Positions 28,160 through 38,381 of a stretch of DNA of 64,000 bases are shown piece by piece. Position numbers and translations under genes: made by a program. Position 1 is the stretch's first letter. Each line of letters starts with the position of its first letter. Source of the DNA: Chitinophagaceae bacterium. Lineage in GTDB: Bacteria > Bacteroidota > Bacteroidia > Chitinophagales > Chitinophagaceae. The notes under the pieces are model-generated. The model searched no databases, had not been told where the DNA came from, and saw only the letters and a program-made list of their open reading frames with translations. Location of the stretch: assembly GCA_049241265.1 (NCBI GenBank), contig JBMLRA010000296.1:4238-68237 (forward strand), read 5' to 3'.

Positions 28160-28339
28160 ACTTTATTGTTTTTTAGGTTTTGGTGTATGGCAATCAATAG
28201 AGAGGTTTCGCAAAAATAAGGTTAATATTTAATTAAAAAATTATTTTTATTATGTTTCATCAATTTAATACCATATTACAAATAAATATATTAATGAAAA
28301 CTTATTAATCCTTTATTTTGCTGCTCAATAATTTTAGTA

Positions 28340-29185
28340 ATGCAAGACATCAACTCATTAAAAAATATTGCTACTCAAGTTAGAAGAGACATTGTAAGAA
28401 TGGTGCACGCTGTTCAAAGTGGTCATCCAGGAGGTTCGTTAGGTTGCACTGACTACTTAGTAGCATTGTATTTCTCTGAAATGAAATACAACACATCATT
28501 TTCTATGGACGGAGTTGGTGAAGATCTATTTTTCCTTTCAAATGGTCACATTTCGCCATTGATGTATTCCGTTTTAGCTAGATCTGGTTATTTTGAAGTA
28601 AAGGAGTTGGCTACATTTAGGAAATTAGACTCAAGACTACAAGGTCATCCAACAACTCACGAAAATTTACCAGGCATTAGAGTAGCAAGTGGTTCACTTG
28701 GTCAAGGAATGAGTGTAGCAATTGGTGCTGCACTTACTAAAAAGCTAAATAATGATTCAAATTTAGTTTATTCATTACACGGCGATGGTGAATTACAAGA
28801 AGGACAAAATTGGGAAGCTATTATGTTTGCAGCACATAAAAAAGTTGATAATCTAATTGCAGCAATTGATTACAATGGGCAACAAATAGATGGTTCTACC
28901 AACAATGTTATGAGCTTGGGTAATTTACAAGCCAAGTTTGAAGCTTTTGGTTGGGATGTTATTAATATTGAAAAAGGTAATGATATTGAAGATATAATTG
29001 CCGGAATCGGTAGAGCTAAAATGATTGTTGGCAAAGGGAAACCTATTTGTATTTTGCTAAAAACAACAATGGGAAAAGGGATTGATTTTATGGAAAAAGG
29101 CCACGAATGGCATGGCATTGCTCCAAATGATGAGCAACTTGTTAATGCTTTATCGCAATTAAACGAAACATTAGGCGATTACTGA
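28340..29185 (+). CDS. Transketolase, N-terminal (TPP-binding) subunit of a split enzyme
   Basis: 281 aa with SGHPGGSLG, the TPP motif GDGELQEGQNWEA, and an end at HEWHG. The C-terminal subunit gene is not adjacent. Confidence 0.9.
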   Translation: MQDINSLKNIATQVRRDIVRMVHAVQSGHPGGSLGCTDYLVALYFSEMKYNTSFSMDGVGEDLFFLSNGHISPLMYSVLARSGYFEVKELATFRKLDSRLQGHPTTHENLPGIRVASGSLGQGMSVAIGAALTKKLNNDSNLVYSLHGDGELQEGQNWEAIMFAAHKKVDNLIAAIDYNGQQIDGSTNNVMSLGNLQAKFEAFGWDVINIEKGNDIEDIIAGIGRAKMIVGKGKPICILLKTTMGKGIDFMEKGHEWHGIAPNDEQLVNALSQLNETLGDY

Positions 29186-29227
29186 ACACTTCAACCTATT
29201 ACAAAAGTGTTATAACTTAACGACTTT

Positions 29228-30361
29228 ATGAGACCAATACAAATGGTAGATACCAAAAACCAGTATCTTAAAATTAAACCCGAAGTTGATGCTGCAATTC
29301 ACGAAGTACTAGATAGTGCTGCCTATATTAATGGTAAAGCTGTTACAGAATTTACCAACAACTTAAACAATTATGTTGGTAGCAAACACACCATTCCTTG
29401 TGCCAATGGTACAGACGCTCTGCAAATTGCAATGATGGCTTTGGGTTTACAACCTGGAGATGAAGTAATTACACCTTCTTTTACTTATATAGCTACAACA
29501 GAAGTTGTTGCTTTGCTGAAATTAACACCGGTTTTTGCAGAAGTTAATAAAGATACTTTTTGCATAGAACCTGCATCAATAAAAGCTTTGATTACACCAA
29601 AAACCAAAGCCATTGTGCCTGTGCATTTGTATGGACACGCAGCACCAATGGAGGAAATTATGGCAATAGCTAAAGAACATAATTTATTTGTTATTGAAGA
29701 TAATGCACAAGCAATTGGATGTGATTATACTTTTAGTGACGGCACAAAAAAGAAAACTGGAAGCATTGGACATATTGGTTGCACATCATTTTACCCAAGC
29801 AAAAACCTTGGTGCTTATGGTGATGGTGGTGCTATTTTTACCAATGATGATACACTTGCTGCTGCTATGAAAAAAATAGCCAATCATGGTCAAGATGTAA
29901 GATATTACCACGATGTGGTAGGTTGTAATAGTAGATTGGATTCTATTCAAGCTGCTATTCTAAATATTAAATTAAAACATTTAGATAGTTACAATGCATT
30001 ACGCCATAGCGTTGCAGCATTTTACAATAAAGCATTTGCAAACAATGTAAAAATAAAAACACCTGTCACTGCAAATAACTCAACACACGTTTATCATCAA
30101 TATACTTTGCAGCTAGATGGTGTTGATAGAGATGGATTAATTGCACATTTGGCAGAGAAAAAAATACCTGCAATGATTTATTATCCTGTACCAGGGCATA
30201 AGCAAAAAATGTTTGACAGTTTTGGAATAGGAAACGTTGATTTGCCTATTACAGATGAATTAACTTCAAAAGTAATTTCATTGCCAATTCATACAGAATT
30301 AGATGAAGAACAATTGAACTTTATTACCACTGAAGTATTAAATTTTATTAATAACAATTAA
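29228..30361 (+). CDS. DegT/DnrJ/EryC1/StrS family sugar aminotransferase
   Basis: 377 aa with CANGTDALQIA, IEDNAQAIG and the PLP lysine context SFYPSKNLGAYGDGG. Confidence 0.9.
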   Translation: MRPIQMVDTKNQYLKIKPEVDAAIHEVLDSAAYINGKAVTEFTNNLNNYVGSKHTIPCANGTDALQIAMMALGLQPGDEVITPSFTYIATTEVVALLKLTPVFAEVNKDTFCIEPASIKALITPKTKAIVPVHLYGHAAPMEEIMAIAKEHNLFVIEDNAQAIGCDYTFSDGTKKKTGSIGHIGCTSFYPSKNLGAYGDGGAIFTNDDTLAAAMKKIANHGQDVRYYHDVVGCNSRLDSIQAAILNIKLKHLDSYNALRHSVAAFYNKAFANNVKIKTPVTANNSTHVYHQYTLQLDGVDRDGLIAHLAEKKIPAMIYYPVPGHKQKMFDSFGIGNVDLPITDELTSKVISLPIHTELDEEQLNFITTEVLNFINNN

Positions 30362-30404
30362 AAATATAAAAGTCCCTTCTATTAAGGGATTAAAGGAGGT
30401 ATTT

Positions 30405-31736
30405 ATGAAAATAGCAGTAGTAGGAACTGGATATGTAGGTTTAGTAAGTGGAACTTGCTTTGCCGAAACAGGAAATCAGGTTACTTGTGTTGATATCGAT
30501 GTTAACAAAGTAAATAAATTAAGTAATGGCGAAATAACCATTTATGAACCGGGATTAGAGAAAATTTTTCTTAGAAATGTAAAGGAAGGACGACTTCATT
30601 TTACCACAAGTTTAGAAGAAGGCATTAAAGACGCTAAGATTGTGTTTCTTGCATTGCCAACACCCCCTGGTGCTGACGGAAGTGCTGATTTGAAATATGT
30701 TTTAGGTGTTGCAAAACAATTGGGAACATTATTAAAAGATGGTGATTATAAAGTAATTGTAGATAAAAGCACAGTACCTGTTGGAACAGCAGATAAAGTA
30801 CGCAAAGCTATTGTTGAAGCAAGTAATAACACTTTGGTTTGTGGAGACAATGGGCAATTTGAAGTAGTAAGCAATCCTGAATTTTTACGTGAAGGAGTTG
30901 CTGTTGATGACTTTATGAAACCTGACAGAGTTGTGATTGGTGCAAATAGCGAAAAAGCAAAAAAAGTAATGGGAGATTTATACGCACCTTTTGTACGTCA
31001 AGGAAATCCAATTATTTATATGGATGAAAAAAGTGCCGAACTCACCAAGTATGCAGCTAACTCTTTTCTTGCAACAAAAATTTCATTTATGAATGAAATT
31101 GCACAATTGTGTGAAAGATTAGATGCCAACGTTGATATGGTTCGTAAAGGAATTGGTAGTGATGATAGAATTGGAAAAAGATTTTTATTCCCAGGTATTG
31201 GTTATGGTGGAAGTTGCTTTCCTAAAGATGTGCAAGCTTTAATAATGAGCAGTGATGAAGTGGGTTACGATTTTAAAATATTAAAAGCTGTAGAAGATGT
31301 AAATGAAAAACAAAAACTACATCTAATGCCTAAAATCAATAAATATTTTAAAGGTGATTTAGAAGGTAAACATTTTGCATTATGGGGCTTGGCTTTTAAA
31401 CCAAATACTGATGATATTAGAGAAGCACCAGCTTTGTATGTAATTGATGCTTTGGTTGCTGCAGGTGCTACTGTTACTGCATTTGACCCAGAAGCTATGC
31501 CAAATGTAAAAGGTGTAATTGGTGATAAAATAACATACACAGAAAATCAATATGATGCTTTGCAAAATGCAGATGCTTTAATTATTGCAACAGAATGGAA
31601 CGAATTTAGAACTCCTGAGTTTGAAAAAATTGAATCAGCGTTGAAGAATAAAGCAATTTTTGATGGCAGAAATTTGTTTGATGTAGAAGAGATGAAAGCG
31701 AAAGGATATTTTTATGAAAGTATCGGAAGACCATAA
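30405..31736 (+). CDS. ugd: UDP-glucose 6-dehydrogenase
   Basis: Rossmann motif VVGTGYVGLV, catalytic Cys context GYGGSCFPKD and a C-terminal UDP-binding domain. Confidence 0.93.
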   Translation: MKIAVVGTGYVGLVSGTCFAETGNQVTCVDIDVNKVNKLSNGEITIYEPGLEKIFLRNVKEGRLHFTTSLEEGIKDAKIVFLALPTPPGADGSADLKYVLGVAKQLGTLLKDGDYKVIVDKSTVPVGTADKVRKAIVEASNNTLVCGDNGQFEVVSNPEFLREGVAVDDFMKPDRVVIGANSEKAKKVMGDLYAPFVRQGNPIIYMDEKSAELTKYAANSFLATKISFMNEIAQLCERLDANVDMVRKGIGSDDRIGKRFLFPGIGYGGSCFPKDVQALIMSSDEVGYDFKILKAVEDVNEKQKLHLMPKINKYFKGDLEGKHFALWGLAFKPNTDDIREAPALYVIDALVAAGATVTAFDPEAMPNVKGVIGDKITYTENQYDALQNADALIIATEWNEFRTPEFEKIESALKNKAIFDGRNLFDVEEMKAKGYFYESIGRP

Positions 31737-31755
31737 AACATTTGCACTATAAACT

Positions 31756-31786
31756 AAAAATCCGCTATTCTTTATAGCGGATTTTT
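31756..31786. terminator. Bidirectional rho-independent terminator
   Basis: Perfect 13-bp stem AAAAATCCGCTAT / ATAGCGGATTTTT with a 5-nt loop, between convergent genes. Confidence 0.8.
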
Positions 31787-31809
31787 AGTTTATATTATAT
31801 TGCTATTGG

Positions 31810-32541
31810 TTACCAATTTGTAAAAACAATTTCTCCCTTCACTTGTTTGCTTCCTTTTAAGAAATCAGGAACAAGTGTAAATAAACAATCATTATTACAT
31901 TTAGGCACCATAATTTTTCTAGTATAGCTACCCCAAATATTTTGATATAAAGGCTGTGGATGCCCGTTACTGAAAGGTCCTACAACAGCCACACCAAACG
32001 GTGCATTTTCTACAAATTTTACTTCTCTCCATTCAAAACCATCACTAAGCCTGCTTATTAAAGAGTTTTTGTACCATCGCTCAGCATTTTTGAAATCATA
32101 ATTTTTAGTATATATATATTCATACACTAAGCAACCAACATAACTATTTAATCTATAAATATTCGCTGCGTATTGCAAAGCCATTCCTTTGTATCCACCA
32201 GAGAAATTAGGTGCATTTGCGTGGAATTTAACCAAAGCAAAATTAATTGCTAGTGACGAGGGATTTGCTTCATATTGTTTTTGCAAATTATCTCTTAATG
32301 CTAAGGCATCGTACCTATTATAAACTCTATTTGAGGGTATATAAGATTCTGTTTCTGCATCCAATGAAGCATAAGTAATATTTACTAAATTAGTTACTCC
32401 ATAAATAGGATCTCCATCATCTACTAAAAATGATGAATGATTTTTAAAACCTGAGGACAATAAAAGTGTAGCACTTAAAGTTGCAGCAACCAATAGTGGC
32501 TGTTTTATTTTTTTTGTTAACTTGCTCATAATAATAACCAT
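31810..32541 (-). CDS. Hypothetical secreted protein
   Basis: 243 aa with an N-terminal hydrophobic signal (LLVAATLSATLLLSSG). I recognise no motif. An alternative start lies at 32529. Confidence 0.5.
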   Translation of the reverse strand: MVIIMSKLTKKIKQPLLVAATLSATLLLSSGFKNHSSFLVDDGDPIYGVTNLVNITYASLDAETESYIPSNRVYNRYDALALRDNLQKQYEANPSSLAINFALVKFHANAPNFSGGYKGMALQYAANIYRLNSYVGCLVYEYIYTKNYDFKNAERWYKNSLISRLSDGFEWREVKFVENAPFGVAVVGPFSNGHPQPLYQNIWGSYTRKIMVPKCNNDCLFTLVPDFLKGSKQVKGEIVFTNW

Positions 32542-32760
32542 TTGTGTGTTAAGCTACAAACAATTTTGCTTGTATAAATACAAACAACAAACAGGAATAA
32601 ATAGTCAAAAGGTATAAGGTAAGAATTAAACACGGGTCGATTCATTTTGCAGAATCATATTTTCTATTGCAGATACAATCTTTAATAGATGTGCAAAATA
32701 AGACTTTTTTCGATATTTCAAAACAAACTGCACAATATTTTATAAAACAATTCGTTAAGA

Positions 32761-33975
32761 CTATCTTCTACTAGCTATCAAAAGATTTAAATCGGTATAT
32801 TTTAAATTAAATTTTTCACTCATATAAAAATCAGTAAGCGAACCTTTAAATAAATAAATACCTTCTCTTAAATTTAGATTATGCCAAACAATTTCATCAA
32901 CACCACCTTCGTCACTAACCTTTAAAAGTAGTGGCATTAGCACATTACTAATAGCCTGACTAGCTGTTCGTGCAAATCCACTTGGAATATTTGGAACACA
33001 ATAATGTATCACATCATGTTTTGTAAAAGTGGGTTTTTCGTGACTAGTTAATTCACTTGTTTCAAAGCATCCACCTCTATCAATTGCTACATCAATAATA
33101 ATACTGCCAGGTCGCATTGTTTCAACAATTTCTTCAGTAACTACAACAGGAGCTCTACCATACTCATTACTTAAAGCTCCTACTGCTACTTCACAAGTTT
33201 TAAGTTGTTTAGATAATATTTTTGGTTCAAGTACACTTGTCCAAACTCTTTGTCCCAAATTATTTTGCAGTTGTTTTAATTTAGAAACATCATTATCAAA
33301 AACTTTAACACTTGCACCCAACGCCAAAGCATTTCTTGTAGCAAATTCACCTACAATTCCAGCTCCAATTATAACAACTTTTGTAGGAGGAATACCACTA
33401 ATACCTCCTAATAAAACTCCTTTGCCATGATTAAAACTACTTAAATATTGACCAGCAATTAACATTACTGCACTACCAGCAATTTCACTCATACTTCTAA
33501 CAATTGGGTAAGTACCGCTATCGTCTTTAAAATTTTCGTACCCTAAAGCAGTAATTCTTTTCTCCATCATCTTTTTAACAACATTTACATTTAATGCAGA
33601 ATAATGAATGGGAGAAATAATGGTTTGATTTAATTGCAATAAATCCACATCTTCTGCAACTATTGGTGCACTTTTTACCAAGATTGGTGCTTTAAAAACA
33701 TCTTCCCTATTATACGCAATTGACGCACCTGCTTCACTATAATCCTTGTCAGAATAATGACTCCCTTCTCCAGCTTTATGCTCTACAACAACGCTATGCC
33801 CACAGCCAACTAGAACTCCTACAGCATCAGGCGTTAAGCCAACACGATTTTCTTGAAATGCAATTTCTTTTGGAATTCCAATATGTAGTTTAGCCCCTTG
33901 TGGCTTTATGTCTAATTTTTCTTCTAATGTTTCGTAGTTAAACGATGTTGAAATTACTGGTTTTGAGGTAGCCAT
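32761..33975 (-). CDS. Alanine dehydrogenase / PNT-alpha family NAD(H)-dependent dehydrogenase
   Basis: 404 aa with the N-terminal substrate domain (IGIPKEIAFQENRVGLTP) and the Rossmann motif VVIIGAGIVGEFA. Confidence 0.75.
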   Translation of the reverse strand: MATSKPVISTSFNYETLEEKLDIKPQGAKLHIGIPKEIAFQENRVGLTPDAVGVLVGCGHSVVVEHKAGEGSHYSDKDYSEAGASIAYNREDVFKAPILVKSAPIVAEDVDLLQLNQTIISPIHYSALNVNVVKKMMEKRITALGYENFKDDSGTYPIVRSMSEIAGSAVMLIAGQYLSSFNHGKGVLLGGISGIPPTKVVIIGAGIVGEFATRNALALGASVKVFDNDVSKLKQLQNNLGQRVWTSVLEPKILSKQLKTCEVAVGALSNEYGRAPVVVTEEIVETMRPGSIIIDVAIDRGGCFETSELTSHEKPTFTKHDVIHYCVPNIPSGFARTASQAISNVLMPLLLKVSDEGGVDEIVWHNLNLREGIYLFKGSLTDFYMSEKFNLKYTDLNLLIASRR

Positions 33976-34028
33976 TGTTAGTAAATTGGAATATAAAATT
34001 AGAGATTATTATTTAAGATTGAAATTTA

Positions 34029-34694
34029 TTAATCTTTCCATAGATAAGGGAAAAGAATAACTGCAAGAGCTATAACCATTGCATCTAATGTAATTAGTAA
34101 TCCTGTCATTTGCCAAAATCCTTCTTGCAATACACTGCTGAATGCTACTACTGAAATTTTCATTAACAGCAATACCTGAGGAATGATAACAGGCAAACCC
34201 ATTATTGCCATTAAGGATGCCTGTTGTTTTGCTTTTGCAGCTATTGCAGCTAAAAAAGTAAATACTAAGCTTAGCCCAAAACTTCCAATAAATGAAATTA
34301 GAACGAATTTATAAAAATATACAAATGGATTTTCAAGAAAAATAATGAAGATTAAAAGTGATAAAGATGACATCAACAACATTAATATCACATTGTAAAA
34401 TAGCTTGGCAATTACAAAATCTGTAGGATTAATGATACTGTAGTAATACAACATTCTACCTTGACTCTCTGCCAAAAAACTTTTTGCTACGGCATTAATG
34501 CAAACGAATAATTGAACAATCCAAAATAAGCCATTCCAAACTTGTTCTTCGGGTTGTCCCATTGTTAAATAAACTACAAAGGTGGTACTGATAACATACA
34601 ACACAATTGCATAAAATGTGTGTTGATGCCTAGTTTCAAGCAAAAAATCTTTTTTTACTAAAGCAGCAATGTGTTTGGTATTAATAAATGCCAT
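34029..34694 (-). CDS. CcmB-like (heme exporter protein B family) ABC-type permease
   Basis: 221 aa with six predicted TM helices. Length and overall pattern resemble CcmB, and no ccmA or ccmC is adjacent. The assignment is by recollection only. Confidence 0.45.
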   Translation of the reverse strand: MAFINTKHIAALVKKDFLLETRHQHTFYAIVLYVISTTFVVYLTMGQPEEQVWNGLFWIVQLFVCINAVAKSFLAESQGRMLYYYSIINPTDFVIAKLFYNVILMLLMSSLSLLIFIIFLENPFVYFYKFVLISFIGSFGLSLVFTFLAAIAAKAKQQASLMAIMGLPVIIPQVLLLMKISVVAFSSVLQEGFWQMTGLLITLDAMVIALAVILFPYLWKD

Positions 34695-34805
34695 TACTGC
34701 AAAGCTAAAGCAAATGATGAAATAGTTAAGAACCTATTAAAATGATAAATTAAGTTTAGTCTTTTAAATAAAATACAATCTTCAAATCGTAAATAACTTC
34801 ACCCC

Positions 34806-34813
34806 TATTTTTG
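34806..34813 (+). promoter_or_regulatory. Candidate Bacteroidota -7 promoter box (TAnnTTTG)
   Basis: TATTTTTG, 21 nt upstream of the fabD ATG. This is motif match only. Confidence 0.35.
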
Positions 34814-34833
34814 TTTTATAAAATTAACTAACA

Positions 34834-35727
34834 ATGAACAAACACGCATACATTTTCCCTGGTCAGGGTTCCCAATTTAAAGGAATGGGCAAAAATTTAT
34901 ATGACACTAGCAACGCTGCAAAAACATTATTTGAACAAGCAAACGATATACTTGGCTTTGACATTAGCAAAATAATGTTTGAAGGAACTGATGAAGATCT
35001 TAAACAAACCAATGTTACACAACCAGCAGTTTTTTTGCATTCAGTTATTGCCTACAAAAGCATTGAAAACGCACAGCCAAATATGGTTGCTGGGCATTCG
35101 CTTGGCGAATTTTCAGCATTAGTAGCCAACGGTGTTTTAAACTTTGAAGACGCTTTACGCCTTGTAAGTATTAGGGCAACTGCAATGCAAAAAGCCTGCG
35201 AACTAAACCCAAGTACAATGGCTGCTGTGCTAGCTTTAGCTGATGATAAAGTTGAAGAAATTTGTGCTGCAATACAAACCCAAACTAATGAAGTGGTTGT
35301 AGCTGCTAATTATAATTGTCCAGGTCAACTTGTAATTAGTGGTTCATTAAAAGGAATTGAAATTGCCTGCGAAAAAATGAAAGCTGCTGGTGCAAAACGT
35401 GCATTGGTACTACCTGTGGGTGGTGCATTCCATTCTCCTTTAATGTTGCCTGCAAAAGATGAATTGGCTAGTGCTATTTTATCTACAACATTTAACACCC
35501 CAATATGCCCTATTTATCAAAATGTAGTAGCAACAGCAGTTACAGATGCTACTGCTATTAAAAATAATTTAATAGCACAACTAACTGGTGCTGTAAAATG
35601 GACACAAATGGTGCAAGCAATGCATAATGATGGTGCTACAAAATTCACAGAAGTAGGGCCAGGTAAAGTATTACAAGGTCTAGTTCAAAAAATTGTTAAA
35701 GATGTTGAAGTAGCAGGCGTAAGTTAA
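34834..35727 (+). CDS. fabD: Malonyl CoA-ACP transacylase
   Basis: FPGQGSQFKGMG, active-site GHSLGEFSA and later GAFHSPLM. Confidence 0.93.
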   Translation: MNKHAYIFPGQGSQFKGMGKNLYDTSNAAKTLFEQANDILGFDISKIMFEGTDEDLKQTNVTQPAVFLHSVIAYKSIENAQPNMVAGHSLGEFSALVANGVLNFEDALRLVSIRATAMQKACELNPSTMAAVLALADDKVEEICAAIQTQTNEVVVAANYNCPGQLVISGSLKGIEIACEKMKAAGAKRALVLPVGGAFHSPLMLPAKDELASAILSTTFNTPICPIYQNVVATAVTDATAIKNNLIAQLTGAVKWTQMVQAMHNDGATKFTEVGPGKVLQGLVQKIVKDVEVAGVS

Positions 35728-35904
35728 AATTAAAAAAACTTTATAGCAAACATTATCTTGGTGCTTTAGATACATCATTTTAATTCATTTTATAATTCAG
35801 TAAAGTGCAATATCATTTCAGTTTACTATTCCTGTAAAAATAATTTTTAAGGATATATTAGCTCTATTGTTACACATCCTTTAGTCTTTCTTTGCAAAAA
35901 AATT

Positions 35905-36948
35905 ATGTCAGCAACAAAAGCTTATGCAGTCCAGGCAGCTACAACGCCTTTAGCACCTTTTAATTTTGAAACAAGAACTGTTGGAAGCCATGATGTGCAA
36001 ATAGAAATTTTGTACTGTGGTGTTTGCCACTCAGACATTCATCAAGCTCGTAATGAGTGGGGGAATTCTATTTTTCCAATGGTTCCAGGACACGAAATTG
36101 TTGGTAAAATAACAGCTGTAGGCAGCCACGTAACTAATTTTAAAGTTGGTGATTTAGCAGGCGTGGGTTGCTTGGTAGATTCCTGCCAAACTTGCCCAAG
36201 TTGTAATGAAGGCTTAGAACAGTTTTGTGATAATGGAATGATTGGAACTTACAACAGTATTGGTAAAGATGGCAAACCTACTTATGGTGGCTATGCAACA
36301 CAAATTGTGGTAGATGAAAAGTTTACATTAAAAGTATCTGATAAATTGCCATTAGCCGGTGTTGCTCCATTGCTTTGTGCTGGCATCACAACTTATTCTC
36401 CACTAAAACACGTTGGCGTTAAAAAAGGAGACAAAGTAGCTGTTGTGGGTTTAGGTGGTTTGGGGCATATGGCAATAAAATTTGCTGCTGCTTTTGGTGC
36501 TGAAGTTACAATGCTTAGTACTTCACCAAGTAAACAAGCGGATGCTGAAAAATTAGGTGCTCATCATTTTGTGCTAACAAGTAATGAGGAAGCTATGAAA
36601 GAAATAGCAGGCAGTTTTAACTATATTTTAAATACTGTATCAGCACAACAAGATTATGGCAAGTATTTAAACTTGTTAAAAGTAGATGGTACAATGATTT
36701 TAGTTGGCGTGCCATCTGCACCAGTTCCATTTCATCCCTTTCCTTTAATAATGAAAAGAAGAAGTATTATTGGTTCACTAATTGGTGGCATTAAAGAAAC
36801 ACAAGAAATGCTTGATTTTTGTGCAGAGCATAATATTGTTTCTGATGTAGAAGTCATCGATATGGATTATATAAATGAAGCCTATGAAAGAGTATTAAAA
36901 AGCGATGTGCGTTATCGTTTTGTAATTGATTTAGCATCGCTAAAATAA
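35905..36948 (+). CDS. Zinc-dependent NAD(P)-alcohol/aldehyde reductase, YahK/cinnamyl-alcohol dehydrogenase type
   Basis: CGVCHSDIH, GHEIVG, the structural zinc cluster CQTCPSCNEGLEQFC, Rossmann motif VVGLGGLGHM and a C-terminal YRFVID. It closely parallels E. coli YahK as I recall it. Confidence 0.9.
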   Translation: MSATKAYAVQAATTPLAPFNFETRTVGSHDVQIEILYCGVCHSDIHQARNEWGNSIFPMVPGHEIVGKITAVGSHVTNFKVGDLAGVGCLVDSCQTCPSCNEGLEQFCDNGMIGTYNSIGKDGKPTYGGYATQIVVDEKFTLKVSDKLPLAGVAPLLCAGITTYSPLKHVGVKKGDKVAVVGLGGLGHMAIKFAAAFGAEVTMLSTSPSKQADAEKLGAHHFVLTSNEEAMKEIAGSFNYILNTVSAQQDYGKYLNLLKVDGTMILVGVPSAPVPFHPFPLIMKRRSIIGSLIGGIKETQEMLDFCAEHNIVSDVEVIDMDYINEAYERVLKSDVRYRFVIDLASLK

Positions 36949-36961
36949 TATTGTATTACTA

Positions 36962-37015
36962 AAATAATATGCAAAATGGGATTGAGACTTTTCAATCCCA
37001 TTTTGCATATTATTT
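36962..37015. terminator. Very long perfect hairpin (24-bp stem, 6-nt loop), probable terminator/insulator
   Basis: AAATAATATGCAAAATGGGATTGA (36962..36985), loop GACTTT, TCAATCCCATTTTGCATATTATTT (36992..37015). I verified it base by base. Confidence 0.7.
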
Positions 37016-37127
37016 AGTTGTTGATATTGAAGTACTGATGTATCTATTATACACAAACAAAATTTTCATAGTAATTGTAAGTATTTTGCTAAGCATCTCA
37101 CAGATATTAATTTTAATAATTTAAAAA

Positions 37128-38372
37128 ATGAAAACATTAACAACGTGTAAACTGTTTTTTGTTGCATTAATTCTATTTATTTTCTCTTGCACAAAAACTG
37201 AAACTGTTTATGTTGCCACAGAACCTGCTATTTCTGGCTCTTTAACATTCAATGGTGATACAACCTATGTTAATGCACAAAATATAACTATAAGGTATTA
37301 TAGTTCCTCACCTTGTTTTCCAAGCAATGAAGTTTTTTATTATAAAGTTACTACAACAAATTATCCTTCGTCTGCTGTTTATAAGTGGGATTTTGGTGAT
37401 GGTGGTAGTGCAGAGGGACAATATGTGCAACACAAATATGGCTATGGAAATGTATATACTTTATCTTTAAAAATACAAGTTAACAATGCTACTGTACAGG
37501 AAATTACAACTGCCATAAAACCTTTTGGGCAATATGTTTCTCCTGTAGCATCATTTGGGTCGCAGCTTAATAATTATCAAGATCCCAACTATGTAGCATT
37601 TAATGCACAATCAAGTGTTACTAGTGGTTCTATTGTTTCTTACAAATGGGATTGGAGAGATGGGACAACATCAAATGTTGCTACAAGCTATACAGAACAT
37701 CGCTTTCCTGAGATTGCAAAAGACAGCAACTACCCAGTTAAACTAACTGTTACAAGCCACGCAGGTTGCCAAGCAAGTAGTACTAACAATGTTTTTGTGC
37801 CTGCATCTTATACCAATGTAGGTGGTATAAGCTACACTAAAACTGCTGCTTGTTTCCCTGATAGTCAGATATTCACTTTTACACAAGACCCTACAAGTTT
37901 ACCCCCAAACACAATTTATGAATGGAATTTTGGCGATGGAACAGGAACGTTTACAGGAAACCCAGTTAAACATCATTATGTGTATTCAAAAACTTACCCA
38001 ATAGTTTGTACCATAAAAATTATGGGGTCAAGTAATGTGAGCATAAAAGAACTGTACAGGAATGTAAGTGTATATGCTTTGGGCGATGATATTGAACCAA
38101 AAGCTTACATAAATGTAATCAAATCAAAAAACCCTCCATTAAACACTCAATGGGAATTTAATGGTTGGGGTAGCGTTGGCGATGGTCATATCATAACCAA
38201 ATTAGTATGGGAATATGGAGATGGTGTTACTGATACTAACAACACGCCTTACACAACTCATACTTATGTTCCAATTACTACACCAGCTAGCTATACTGTA
38301 AAACTTACTGTTACTGCAAGTTCTGGCTGCACAGGGAGTATTACTACTGTTCCACCAATTACCATCCCTTAA
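37128..38372 (+). CDS. PKD-repeat lipoprotein (paralog 1)
   Basis: Lipobox IFSC and four PKD signatures: WDFGDGGSA, WDWRDGTTS, WNFGDGTGT and WEYGDGVTD. Each is followed by Y.VKLTV...GC. There is no T9SS C-terminal domain. Confidence 0.8.
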   Translation: MKTLTTCKLFFVALILFIFSCTKTETVYVATEPAISGSLTFNGDTTYVNAQNITIRYYSSSPCFPSNEVFYYKVTTTNYPSSAVYKWDFGDGGSAEGQYVQHKYGYGNVYTLSLKIQVNNATVQEITTAIKPFGQYVSPVASFGSQLNNYQDPNYVAFNAQSSVTSGSIVSYKWDWRDGTTSNVATSYTEHRFPEIAKDSNYPVKLTVTSHAGCQASSTNNVFVPASYTNVGGISYTKTAACFPDSQIFTFTQDPTSLPPNTIYEWNFGDGTGTFTGNPVKHHYVYSKTYPIVCTIKIMGSSNVSIKELYRNVSVYALGDDIEPKAYINVIKSKNPPLNTQWEFNGWGSVGDGHIITKLVWEYGDGVTDTNNTPYTTHTYVPITTPASYTVKLTVTASSGCTGSITTVPPITIP

Positions 38373-38381
38373 TACAATTTT

